From assembly GCA_951812955.1 (NCBI GenBank), contig OX638340.1, positions 160,001 to 224,000 on the forward strand: DNA of 64,000 bases. Reading direction: 5' to 3'. This document shows positions 1 through 8,448 of the stretch, piece by piece. Position 1 is the first letter of the stretch. The number at the start of each line of letters is the position of its first letter. This DNA comes from an uncultured Gemmatimonadota bacterium. GTDB lineage: Bacteria; JAAXHH01. The notes below the pieces were generated by a model, which worked only from the letters and a program-made list of their open reading frames with translations, was not told where the DNA came from and ran no database searches. The position numbers and the translations under genes are program-made.

Positions 1-4
1 GCGC

Positions 5-1300
5 TCAGTGGATCTGTGCCAGATCCTCCCAGAAGCGCGGATAGGTCTTCCCCACCACGTCCGGATCGAGGATGTTCAGGTTACCCAACCGGGTCCCCAG
101 CACGGCGAAACTCATGGCCATGCGGTGGTCGTGGTAGGTCTCAATATCTACGGTATCTTCGGTGCGCCGTGCGGTAGTATTCCCCGGTAGTTCGCCGATC
201 TCGATGTAGTCCGGGCCGGTCTTCACTTCAATACCGATTTTTCGCAGCTCGGTCGCGGGACACTCGATCCGGTCACACTCTTTCTTCTTCAGTGTGCCAA
301 TCCCCGTAATCCTTGTTGAGCCGGGAATCAGCGGTGATATGGCTATCAGGGTCAGGGCGGCGTCCGGAATGTCTGCGCAGTCTATCGCGCCGTCCACCGG
401 CGTAACGTGACCGGCATCGGGACCGGCAATGACGGATTTTTGGTCCTCCATCTGAACGCGCGCTCCCAGGCTTTCGCAAACGGAAAGAAACCGCATATCG
501 CCCTGCCGGCTCGCCGAACCGAGGTTCTCGAAGACCACGCTTCCTCCGTGTATGAGGGCGAGCGCTGCGAAGTACGAACCAGCGGAAGCATCTCCTTCCA
601 CCGACCGGGAACCGGCGCGGTACTGTTGTGGAGCGACATCGAACCCGCGGTAATCGCGGTTCGCCACTTCGACGCCGAACTTACGCATCTCATCGAGGGT
701 GATGTCGACGTACGGCCGGCTGACAAGATGGCCTTCGACCTGTATATCAAGTCCGTCGGGAAGCAAAGGCGCAATCTGCAGCAGGGCGGAGAAGAACTGG
801 CTGGAAACATCGCCTTTCATCCGGACCGAACGGCGGAACGTACCGGGTCCTCTAATGGATACAGGTAAGCATCCGCCATTAGCAGCTTCTGTCGCTCCCC
901 CTAATTGTTCCACCGCATCGAGCAGCGGCAGGTTCGGTCTTTCGTTCAGGCTGCCCCGTCCAACCAGTCTGGTTTCCTCGGTTCGCAGGGCGGAGAGCGC
1001 GATCAGGAATCGGGCCGATGTGCCGCTGAGTCCAAGACCAAGCGTTACAGGACCATTCGAAAAACGGCCGCCTTTCCCTTCTACGGTCAACGTTCGATAG
1101 TCTTCACTCGTTTCGATGGAAATCCCTAGGTCGCCCAGGCACTCCACCATTTCTCGCGTGTCGTCACAGTCGCAAGGCGAGGCGATCTCGGTCGTCCCTT
1201 CGGCCAGCGCGGCGAGCACCAGGTTTCTCAGCGTTATGGATTTGCTTCCTGGCAAATCGATAAACGCATTAATGGAATTACGAAACGTATTAACTAACAT
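5..1300 (-). CDS. aroA: 3-phosphoshikimate 1-carboxyvinyltransferase (EPSP synthase)
   Basis: 431 aa; N-terminal LPGSKSITLR motif and C-terminal DHRMAMSFAVLG motif typical of AroA; ATG at 1300 preceded by AT-rich region. Confidence 0.85.
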   Translation of the reverse strand: MLVNTFRNSINAFIDLPGSKSITLRNLVLAALAEGTTEIASPCDCDDTREMVECLGDLGISIETSEDYRTLTVEGKGGRFSNGPVTLGLGLSGTSARFLIALSALRTEETRLVGRGSLNERPNLPLLDAVEQLGGATEAANGGCLPVSIRGPGTFRRSVRMKGDVSSQFFSALLQIAPLLPDGLDIQVEGHLVSRPYVDITLDEMRKFGVEVANRDYRGFDVAPQQYRAGSRSVEGDASAGSYFAALALIHGGSVVFENLGSASRQGDMRFLSVCESLGARVQMEDQKSVIAGPDAGHVTPVDGAIDCADIPDAALTLIAISPLIPGSTRITGIGTLKKKECDRIECPATELRKIGIEVKTGPDYIEIGELPGNTTARRTEDTVDIETYHDHRMAMSFAVLGTRLGNLNILDPDVVGKTYPRFWEDLAQIH

Positions 1301-1408
1301 AGTATTAATATCATATCAATTATTATTTTAAATAATATTACGTATCGTATTCAAAGACTGTTTCACTCAACTCTGTTTCACACTCGATTTTCATCTTGCC
1401 TGGCCTGC

Positions 1409-2173
1409 CTACACGCATCCACCATAAGCTCGACCCGATACCAGGTCGTACTCGGGCATGGCGCCGCTTCCGATATACTTTGACCGGGCATCCATGTACG
1501 CGACGGTTAGGCCGATACGCCGTTCGTCGCTGGTATTGGCGTCGGTCCGGTGCAGGGCAAGGCTGTGGTGGAACGAACAGCCCCCGGCCTTGAGCGGAAC
1601 GGCTACTTCCCGTTCATAGCTGACGTGGGCGTCTTCGACACGAAAGTCCTCGAGATGTTTGTGCTCGATCACACCGTCTTTGTGTGAACCGGATATGAAT
1701 CGCATGCACCCGTTCTGCTCGGTGGCGTCGTCCAGGGCGATCCAGCAGATCACGAGGTTGGGCGGATCGATGTTCGTCCAGTAGGCGGAGTCCTGGTGGG
1801 GCGGTTTCGCCGAACCGACCCTCGGTGGTTTGCAGAGTGTCTGGTCCACGTAGATCTTGAGATCGGGGCCAATCAGGTTTCGAACCACGCCCAGGATCTT
1901 CGGATGCCGGGCCAGCTCTTTGAATACCGGGTCGTGCTTCGTCAGATTCCAGATTTTACGGACGTTGTTGAACCGCACGGGATCAGCCTGCGCTTCACCC
2001 TTCACGACCCTGGGTTCGATTTGAACGTACTCGGCCGGATAATCGACCACTTCGTTGCCGATATCTTCGAGACGCTGGTGGAGCGCTTTGGTCTCCAGCG
2101 GCGTCAGCAGGCTCTCGTAAGGTAGAAATCCCCGTTCGTTGAACTGGTCGACCTGTGCCTGGGTCAACGACAC
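1409..2173 (-). CDS. phytanoyl-CoA dioxygenase (PhyH) family Fe(II)/2-oxoglutarate oxygenase
   Basis: 254 aa; PhyH-like H-x-D...H arrangement (PHQDSAYW ... SFHHSLALH); GTG start with AAGGAGG RBS upstream. Confidence 0.65.
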   Translation of the reverse strand: MSLTQAQVDQFNERGFLPYESLLTPLETKALHQRLEDIGNEVVDYPAEYVQIEPRVVKGEAQADPVRFNNVRKIWNLTKHDPVFKELARHPKILGVVRNLIGPDLKIYVDQTLCKPPRVGSAKPPHQDSAYWTNIDPPNLVICWIALDDATEQNGCMRFISGSHKDGVIEHKHLEDFRVEDAHVSYEREVAVPLKAGGCSFHHSLALHRTDANTSDERRIGLTVAYMDARSKYIGSGAMPEYDLVSGRAYGGCV

Positions 2174-2203
2174 GACTTGCCTCCTTTAAGAAGCATTCAT
2201 CAT

Positions 2204-2800
2204 CTAAGCAGCATTAAACCACCACTCCGGCCACCCGAGCACCAGTTCCGCCAGCGCGGAGTATCCGCCAGCGCCCGGATGAACCCGGTCACCGAGTGCG
2301 GCTTCGCTCCGCCAGACCTCACCGGTATTCAGATCATGGATCACCTCGAGGTAGGGCACGCCGAGTCTTCCGGCGATTTCGCCGATGAGCGAAGAAACCT
2401 CCATCCTGCGGCCGTGTTCCTCCTCGTCGATCCCGGGCGGCGGTCCGATCATCAACGTGGGTAAAAGCGATCGCGCGCGTGACAGAATCTCTTCGGTGTT
2501 GCGCACGGTATCGGCCCGTTCCACGCGCGGCTTCCCATCTATGAACCAGCAGTCGTTTGCGCCGAAGCCGAAGACCACCCGGCCGTCATGAGGTATAAGG
2601 CGCCTGGCCTCGACTTCCCGTTCCCATCGCCGGAGCACGTCCGCGCTCGTGTCACCGCGAATGCCGAGATTGTAGCTCGTGATGGAGGTTTCGTCGGACC
2701 TCGATGCGGCACACGCGCGCCCCGGCCATCCAAGATAGGCGGGATCACCGGTACCGTTCACGTAGGAATCACCTATAAAGTATACACGAATGTCTTCCAT
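2204..2800 (-). CDS. SGNH/GDSL-family hydrolase (lipase/esterase-like)
   Basis: 198 aa; N-terminal FIGDSY(V)NG block = GDS(L) serine motif; GxND and DxxH blocks later (FGANDC, DRVHP). Confidence 0.65.
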   Translation of the reverse strand: MEDIRVYFIGDSYVNGTGDPAYLGWPGRACAASRSDETSITSYNLGIRGDTSADVLRRWEREVEARRLIPHDGRVVFGFGANDCWFIDGKPRVERADTVRNTEEILSRARSLLPTLMIGPPPGIDEEEHGRRMEVSSLIGEIAGRLGVPYLEVIHDLNTGEVWRSEAALGDRVHPGAGGYSALAELVLGWPEWWFNAA

Positions 2801-2810
2801 AAATCCTTCG

Positions 2811-2870
2811 GTTCTCTAAATCCGCTCGTTCTCTCCGCTCTGTTCTCTCCGTTTTGTTCTCTCCGCTTTG
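2811..2870. repeat. four tandem copies of a ~14-bp unit GTTCTCTCCG(C/T)T(C/T)T immediately upstream of the SGNH hydrolase start codon
   Basis: copies at 2811-2827 (diverged), 2828-2841, 2842-2855, 2856-2870; on the gene's sense strand reads (A/G)A(A/G)ACGGAGAGAAC x3-4. Confidence 0.8.
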
Positions 2871-2907
2871 CCATCCTGCCATGCTGTATATCCTCACGTC
2901 TTCGGTT

Positions 2908-2936
2908 CCGTGACGTGATTCAGGATCCGGTCACGG
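2908..2936. promoter_or_regulatory. perfect 7-bp inverted repeat CCGTGAC-N15-GTCACGG in divergent hydrolase/ADH promoter region
   Basis: arms 2908-2914 and 2930-2936. Confidence 0.35.
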
Positions 2937-3096
2937 AAGCCGAAAACGCCTTTAGCATACGAATTCCGAGTGTATTTATCAATTGCCAATTTCGTCGCAG
3001 CGTGGAAAATTGGTAATGAGTATGGTAATGGGAATCATGTATTGAAACACGTCGCATGACCGACGCATTATCCAGGCTTTCCGGGAGAACGCCACC

Positions 3097-4104
3097 GTGC
3101 ACGGTTACATCATCGATAACAACCTGATTCGTCATGCTGAGCTTCCCGATCCGGTAGAGCCCGGTCCCGGCGAGGCGCTCGTCAAGGTCCGTTCCATTTC
3201 ATTGAACTACCGGGATCTCATGGTCGCCAGGGGCAGGTACGGAAGGCCGTATGAGGGTACGTTCGTCGCCGGTTCCGACATGGCGGGCGATGTGTTGGAC
3301 ACGGGGCCGGGGGTCGAGCACCTTCGGCCGGGCGACCGGGTGGTGAACGCGCCGTTCCTCGACTGGCCTGCCGGAAAACTCACAACCGACGGTATGATGA
3401 CCCTCGTAGGCGCAGGCGGCGTGGACGGCGTCCTGTGCGAACAGGTGCGCTATCCCGCGGCAGCCCTGGTCCACATGCCGTCCCATTTCTCCTATCACGA
3501 AGGCGCGACGCTGCCCATAGCCGGGCTGACCGCCTGGGCCTCGGTCGTGTCACAGGGTCATGTACTGGCCGGGGAGTGGGTCCTGCTTCACGGAACAGGC
3601 GGGGTTTCCGTGTTTGCCGCCCAACTGGCCAGGATCGCGGGCGCGCGGGCTTTGCTGACCACGTCTTCCAAAGAGAAAGCCGGCAGGATGAAGGCAGCAT
3701 TCGGCGTGGTGGAGACTTTCGATTACCGCGACGAAGACTGGCCCGAACGGGTCCGGTCTTTCACCGGGGGCACGGGGGTCGACCTGGTCGTGGACGTGGC
3801 CGGCGGCCAGACCTTCGCCAATTCCCTCAAGGCCTGTGCGCTGCATGCCCGGGTATCGCTCGTGGGCATCCTGGACGGCTTCGAAACCCGCCTCAACCCT
3901 TTCGATATTATCGGCCGGCAGATCCAGGTGCGCGGAATATACACTTCTTCGGCCGAAGACCTGCGCGACCTCGCAAGGGCGTGCGAGGCGTCGAAGCTCA
4001 GGCCCTGTATCGACCGCGTGTTTCCCTTCGACGAAGTTCCCGCAGCCTACGATTACCTTGAATCCCAGCGGCACATTGGAAAGATCGTGTGTGCGATGCC
4101 CTGA
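3097..4104 (+). CDS. zinc-type alcohol dehydrogenase / NADPH:quinone oxidoreductase (MDR superfamily)
   Basis: 335 aa; GroES-like N-term then Rossmann LHGTGGVSVFAAQLA; GTG start at 3097 with GGGAGA RBS. Confidence 0.7.
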   Translation: MHGYIIDNNLIRHAELPDPVEPGPGEALVKVRSISLNYRDLMVARGRYGRPYEGTFVAGSDMAGDVLDTGPGVEHLRPGDRVVNAPFLDWPAGKLTTDGMMTLVGAGGVDGVLCEQVRYPAAALVHMPSHFSYHEGATLPIAGLTAWASVVSQGHVLAGEWVLLHGTGGVSVFAAQLARIAGARALLTTSSKEKAGRMKAAFGVVETFDYRDEDWPERVRSFTGGTGVDLVVDVAGGQTFANSLKACALHARVSLVGILDGFETRLNPFDIIGRQIQVRGIYTSSAEDLRDLARACEASKLRPCIDRVFPFDEVPAAYDYLESQRHIGKIVCAMP

Positions 4105-4334
4105 CGATTCCGCCGGGTGTCACCGGTAATACCGAAGACCCGCGTAATGATCGCTGGCAAAAACTTGTCACGTATAAGCACGTCGCGAAATGATCGTTTG
4201 ACAAAAAGCACGTCGCGGCATCGCTCGCTACGTGATATCCCCCTGGAAATCGCTCACGCAACACTGCGCTTTACGGGATTTCTCGTGGTAATTCGCCCGC
4301 GGAACACTAACTGCTGAAGTCGCCCGCTTGAAAA

Positions 4335-6563
4335 TCAGAGGAAACTCAGGTGGCGTTTCCTGTCGTTGACCCGTCCGATGCAGGCCGCCTGTTCGTATCC
4401 GGCGTCCCGGAGTTTCGCGATCACCTCTTCTTCCCGTGATGAAGGTACGCCGGCCAGAAGGCCTCCCGATGTCTGGGGATCGTAGAGGATGGCGTCTGCT
4501 ACGCCGGTTTCGGCCTCGACTTTCCACCTCTTCTGTAGATGTTCGCGGTTGGACGGCGCCAGCGTGCTTTCCACACCGGCCGCAATACACTCCTCGGTGC
4601 CCGCGTAACGGGGTATCCGATCTATTTCGAGCTCCGCGCTGGTGCCGCTGGCTTCGAGCATTTCGGCCAGGTGGCCCGCCAGGCCGAAGCCGGTCACGTC
4701 GGTGACTGCCGGAATCCCGACTTGCTTGAGGATGCTCGCCGCTTCACCGTTGGATTTCAGCATGCCCTCGAAGACCTCGTCGATCCAGGTGCCCTTCGCC
4801 TTCAGGTGCATGTCGGCTGCGAGTATGACTCCCGTGCCGACGGGCTTGGCCAAGATGATCCCGTCACCGGGACGCAGTCCGCCCTTTCTGAAAACCGAAT
4901 CGCTTCCGGCCAGACCGTTCATGGTCACGCTGACGGCCGTTTCCGAACCTTCGCTGGTATGGCCGCCCAGAAGCGTGATACGCAAGCGCCGCGCCTCTTC
5001 CGCGATCCCGCCCATGAGCTGTCTCAGATCGTTCGCCACGAGGTGTTTCTCCGCGTAGGGCAGGGTGACCGTAACGAGCGCCGAATGAGGTTCGGCCCCC
5101 ATGGCATATAGGTCGGACGCGGCGTGGACCAGGGCGATGCGGCCGAAGAGATGCAGGTCGCCTGTGAATGCGCGGAATCCGTCCACGGTCTGCACCAGCG
5201 ACCGGCCCGGAGGTATCTCCAGGAGCGCGGCGTCGTCGGCGTCATGCAGGCCGATCCGCACGTCCTCCCGGTCGAATACCTCCAGTTCATCGAGTACGCC
5301 GGTCAACACGGTCGAACCGACCTTGGCGCCGCACCCTGCACAGCGCATGGCGGCCTCGTCCGCGTCTCTGCCAGTTTCCTTACCGGAGGGCAGCGAATCG
5401 CCGGCCGGTTCCATGGGCGGCAGCAGCGAGGGATCGAACTTTCGCATCCACCGCTGGTCAATCCAGTTCTTCAGTCGCCATACCCACGCCCCATGGAATG
5501 AAATGTGGCGCCGGCTCGCGACGGCGTTCCGCGTACCGGTCATGAGCAGTGCGAGCGCCGAGGCCTGGGGCCTGAACGGAACCAGGGGGCGCTGCTCCAG
5601 CCATGCGTGGATATTCCGTGCGAGAATTGGCCCTTCCCGGACGGCGTATACCCCCGATTTAGGAAGGGGGCGTGACTCGAACTCGATGCAATCCCCCGCC
5701 GCGAAGACATTGTCGTAATCCATGGCCTGCAGCGTGGGGCGTACCCGGATGAAGCCGTTCCCGCTGGTTTCCAGGTTCGTCCGTTTCAGCAGGTCCGGCG
5801 ACGCTCCACCCGTGGCCCAGAGCAGGAAATCGCAGGGCAAGGATGAATGGTCCTCGAAATGGACGCCGTCCTCGTCCACCGCAGACACCCGAAGGCCCGT
5901 CAGGCACGTGATCCCCTTCTCTTCGAGATACCGCATGATCGTCCTGGCTACCCTGGGATTATGGCCGGTCAGCAAAGTGGACTGCGATTCCACAAGCGTG
6001 ATCTCTACCGGCGCGAAACGTACGCCCCACCTGGAGTGCATGGCGAAGGCCAGTTCCGCGCCGGCCGCACCGCCGCCCGCGATGACGATCCGCAGGGGTT
6101 GTCCGTCTGCGCGATAGTTTTTTTCGAACTGGTGAACCCTTCGCAGCAGCCTGCCGAGCGGTCTCGTGGGTACGGCGTTCTCACGCACGCCCGGGGTATC
6201 CAGGCCCCTGGGAATCGAACCGATATTGACCGATAGGGCATCGTAGGCCAGGGGCGGCCTGCCATCCTCGAAAAAAACCTGCTGGATTACGGGATCGATG
6301 GCGTCTACCCTTGCCCTAATGAACCGGATTCCCGCCCACGCGCACAGGGGCCTTAGTTCCATTTCCATTTCATCGGGTCGGTACAACCCGGCCAGGCAGC
6401 CGGGGAGCATTCCTGAATAGCAGACGCTGGATTCGTCTGAAATGAGCGTAACGCGGACGTCTCGAAGGGCTTTTTTCATGGTCAACATGCGGATTACCTG
6501 CACATGGGCGTGTCCGCCGCCGACCAGTACGAGGTCTTTCTTATAGGGTGATGCCTGGTTCAT
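4335..6563 (-). CDS. selD: fusion protein: FAD-dependent pyridine nucleotide-disulfide oxidoreductase (NDH-2-like) N-terminal domain + selenide, water dikinase (SelD) C-terminal domain
   Basis: 742 aa; N-term VLVGGGHAHV dinucleotide-binding motif and second IAGGGAAGAEL; C-term RCAGCGAKVGS (SelD active-site Cys, not Sec/TGA) followed by AIR-synthase-like PurM fold blocks. Confidence 0.75.
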   Translation of the reverse strand: MNQASPYKKDLVLVGGGHAHVQVIRMLTMKKALRDVRVTLISDESSVCYSGMLPGCLAGLYRPDEMEMELRPLCAWAGIRFIRARVDAIDPVIQQVFFEDGRPPLAYDALSVNIGSIPRGLDTPGVRENAVPTRPLGRLLRRVHQFEKNYRADGQPLRIVIAGGGAAGAELAFAMHSRWGVRFAPVEITLVESQSTLLTGHNPRVARTIMRYLEEKGITCLTGLRVSAVDEDGVHFEDHSSLPCDFLLWATGGASPDLLKRTNLETSGNGFIRVRPTLQAMDYDNVFAAGDCIEFESRPLPKSGVYAVREGPILARNIHAWLEQRPLVPFRPQASALALLMTGTRNAVASRRHISFHGAWVWRLKNWIDQRWMRKFDPSLLPPMEPAGDSLPSGKETGRDADEAAMRCAGCGAKVGSTVLTGVLDELEVFDREDVRIGLHDADDAALLEIPPGRSLVQTVDGFRAFTGDLHLFGRIALVHAASDLYAMGAEPHSALVTVTLPYAEKHLVANDLRQLMGGIAEEARRLRITLLGGHTSEGSETAVSVTMNGLAGSDSVFRKGGLRPGDGIILAKPVGTGVILAADMHLKAKGTWIDEVFEGMLKSNGEAASILKQVGIPAVTDVTGFGLAGHLAEMLEASGTSAELEIDRIPRYAGTEECIAAGVESTLAPSNREHLQKRWKVEAETGVADAILYDPQTSGGLLAGVPSSREEEVIAKLRDAGYEQAACIGRVNDRKRHLSFL

Positions 6564-6919
6564 GAATATCTCGAGTTAGAATCTTCATCGCGACGATCCA
6601 GCGAATATCGGGACGATTCCGGGAATTCGGCAATCTTTGGATGAGAACCCGCTTTGTACATCCCGATTGACCTGGTGATCACGTAACCACGCTAAAACGG
6701 ACGATATCGGGCGAATGCGAGCGAGTACGAAATATACAATGTAACATCAGGCGGTCAAAAGGCCATATTGAACCGAATGGTATGGGCCGTACGGGGACGA
6801 TTCCGTTGCCCGCTCAACCTTGACAGGCCCTGTAGATTAACCATGCGTGATCACCGTGTAAAAAGCGCGCATTCAAGCATGAATCGAAGTCGGAACAACA
6901 CCACTATAGAGGAGTTTAG

Positions 6920-7444
6920 ATGGCTTTCAATATCAAAAAACGCGGCAAACTGACCTACTATTACCACGGGGACAGCCCGGTGCTGTCGGCCCTGGTGACC
7001 GAAGAGCAGTCCGACGGCGACCTGAGGATCTATTTCGCCGGGCTGACGGGCGGCTATTCGGCCAAGGGCGTGCTGGAACGGGACGAGTTGGTCTCGATGG
7101 AACCGGAGCAGGAGATCCCCCTCGTGTTTCAGAGCTGGGAGAGGTGGCTGATCGACGCCGGACTGTGCAGTTCGCTCAGGGAAATCGATTTTATTGAGGT
7201 GCACGCCTTCGGATGCCAGCCCAAGTCTCCGAATCCCCTCGTGGACCCAATTGGGTACGCCGCGGAGCAGGACCGGCTAAAAGAAGCCTACGCCCGCGCG
7301 TACAGCGGGTTCTTCCGGGATTACCTGCCGGATAACGGGGTTCCATGCCGCTTCACGGTCCACCTCGTAGACGTGCCCGACAAGGCCGCGTCTTACGAAT
7401 TCTATTCCACGGCGCTCTGGCAACGGTCGCTGCAATCCGATTAG
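6920..7444 (+). CDS. hypothetical protein
   Basis: 174 aa ORF with GAGGAG RBS 8 nt upstream of ATG; no recognisable motif. Confidence 0.4.
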   Translation: MAFNIKKRGKLTYYYHGDSPVLSALVTEEQSDGDLRIYFAGLTGGYSAKGVLERDELVSMEPEQEIPLVFQSWERWLIDAGLCSSLREIDFIEVHAFGCQPKSPNPLVDPIGYAAEQDRLKEAYARAYSGFFRDYLPDNGVPCRFTVHLVDVPDKAASYEFYSTALWQRSLQSD

Positions 7445-7606
7445 TCCCAAACAGGCGCGTTCGTCTGATCGACGGGTGAACAACCTGTACAGCATGGCCG
7501 ACTGTGTTTCGGCAGAAATCTCTGCAGTCCGGTTCCTCCGGATGACCGGATGGTTCTGTCGCTTCGGGACGGTCGAACACCCGTAGCTGGCCGCACCCAT
7601 AACCGG

Positions 7607-7635
7607 CTTGACACCCATCCGGTTCAGGATCATAT
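7607..7635 (+). promoter_or_regulatory. candidate sigma70-like promoter (TTGACA-17-CATATT) upstream of the RraA-like/sulfatase gene string
   Basis: TTGACA at 7607-7612, 17-nt spacer, CATATT at 7630-7635; about 75 nt upstream of ATG 7711 with GGAAGGAG RBS. Confidence 0.25.
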
Positions 7636-7710
7636 TCACCGGGTTGCATCCACCGTTCAGCCTGTTTTATTCCCGATCCGCTGCCGTAAGCACCCTGGAA
7701 GGAGCAACGC

Positions 7711-8448
7711 ATGTCCGCGCGGTCCTCGCAGGAGGCGCTGGAAGCGCTGAAACAGTTCGATACGCCCTCGATTACGAACGTGGTGGCGACCTACCCGACC
7801 CACCCCCTCTGCCTGGGCCTGTACAATCCCTGGTCGGAGAACTGGTATACCGATCAGACCATCAAGTGCATCTATCCCGATCTCGGGCGCACCGTGGGCT
7901 ATGCCGTCACGTGCGTATTCGGTCTTCCCGAGCCGGGCTTCAAGAACCTTTCCTTCCTGGACGTGATCGATGCCCTGGACGCATCCCCGCAACCGACGAT
8001 TCTGGCAATCCAGCAGAAATTTCCCCCGGAGATCGCCGGCAAGGTGGGGCTCGCCGGCGGTAATATGACCGCTTCTGCCAAGGCGGTGGGATGTGTGGGG
8101 GTCGTCTCGAACGGACCCTCCCGCGATATCGACGAGATCCGCCCCATGAAGGTACAGTATCTGCTCAGCGGAATTACGCCGGGACATGGCGACATGGCCG
8201 TGCACGCGGTGAACGTGCCCGTATCCGTTGGCGGAATGGACGTGGCCCCGGGCGAGATCATCCACATGGACGAGAACGGCGCCTGCAAGTTCCCGGCCAA
8301 CAAACTGGACGCGGTGCTCGAAAACGCCACGGCGCTTGCGGTCGAGGAAGAGTCCCGCATCGCCGCCTTCCAAAGCGCGCGCAATGCCGACGATGTCCGG
8401 GCTATCCTGGGCGGACACAGCTACGGCAAGAAAGAAGAGGCTGAATGA
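7711..8448 (+). CDS. RraA-family protein (RNase E inhibitor RraA / 4-hydroxy-4-methyl-2-oxoglutarate aldolase-like)
   Basis: 245 aa; RraA/MenG-like fold signature (GDxxxxxGxxGxxxA-like region AIQQKFPPEIAGKVGLAGGNMTASAKAVGCVGVVSNG); stop overlaps next start (ATGA). Confidence 0.6.
   Translation: MSARSSQEALEALKQFDTPSITNVVATYPTHPLCLGLYNPWSENWYTDQTIKCIYPDLGRTVGYAVTCVFGLPEPGFKNLSFLDVIDALDASPQPTILAIQQKFPPEIAGKVGLAGGNMTASAKAVGCVGVVSNGPSRDIDEIRPMKVQYLLSGITPGHGDMAVHAVNVPVSVGGMDVAPGEIIHMDENGACKFPANKLDAVLENATALAVEEESRIAAFQSARNADDVRAILGGHSYGKKEEAE

Noticed and set aside
4105-4334. 230-bp convergent intergenic region with 12-bp direct repeat AAGCACGTCGCG (4165-4176, 4206-4217) and a 66-aa basic ORF (4117-4317)
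   Set aside because: No RBS or motif for the ORF; no hairpin+T-run terminator; repeat too short to interpret. Flagged only as a place where an sRNA could hide (RNA-seq would tell).
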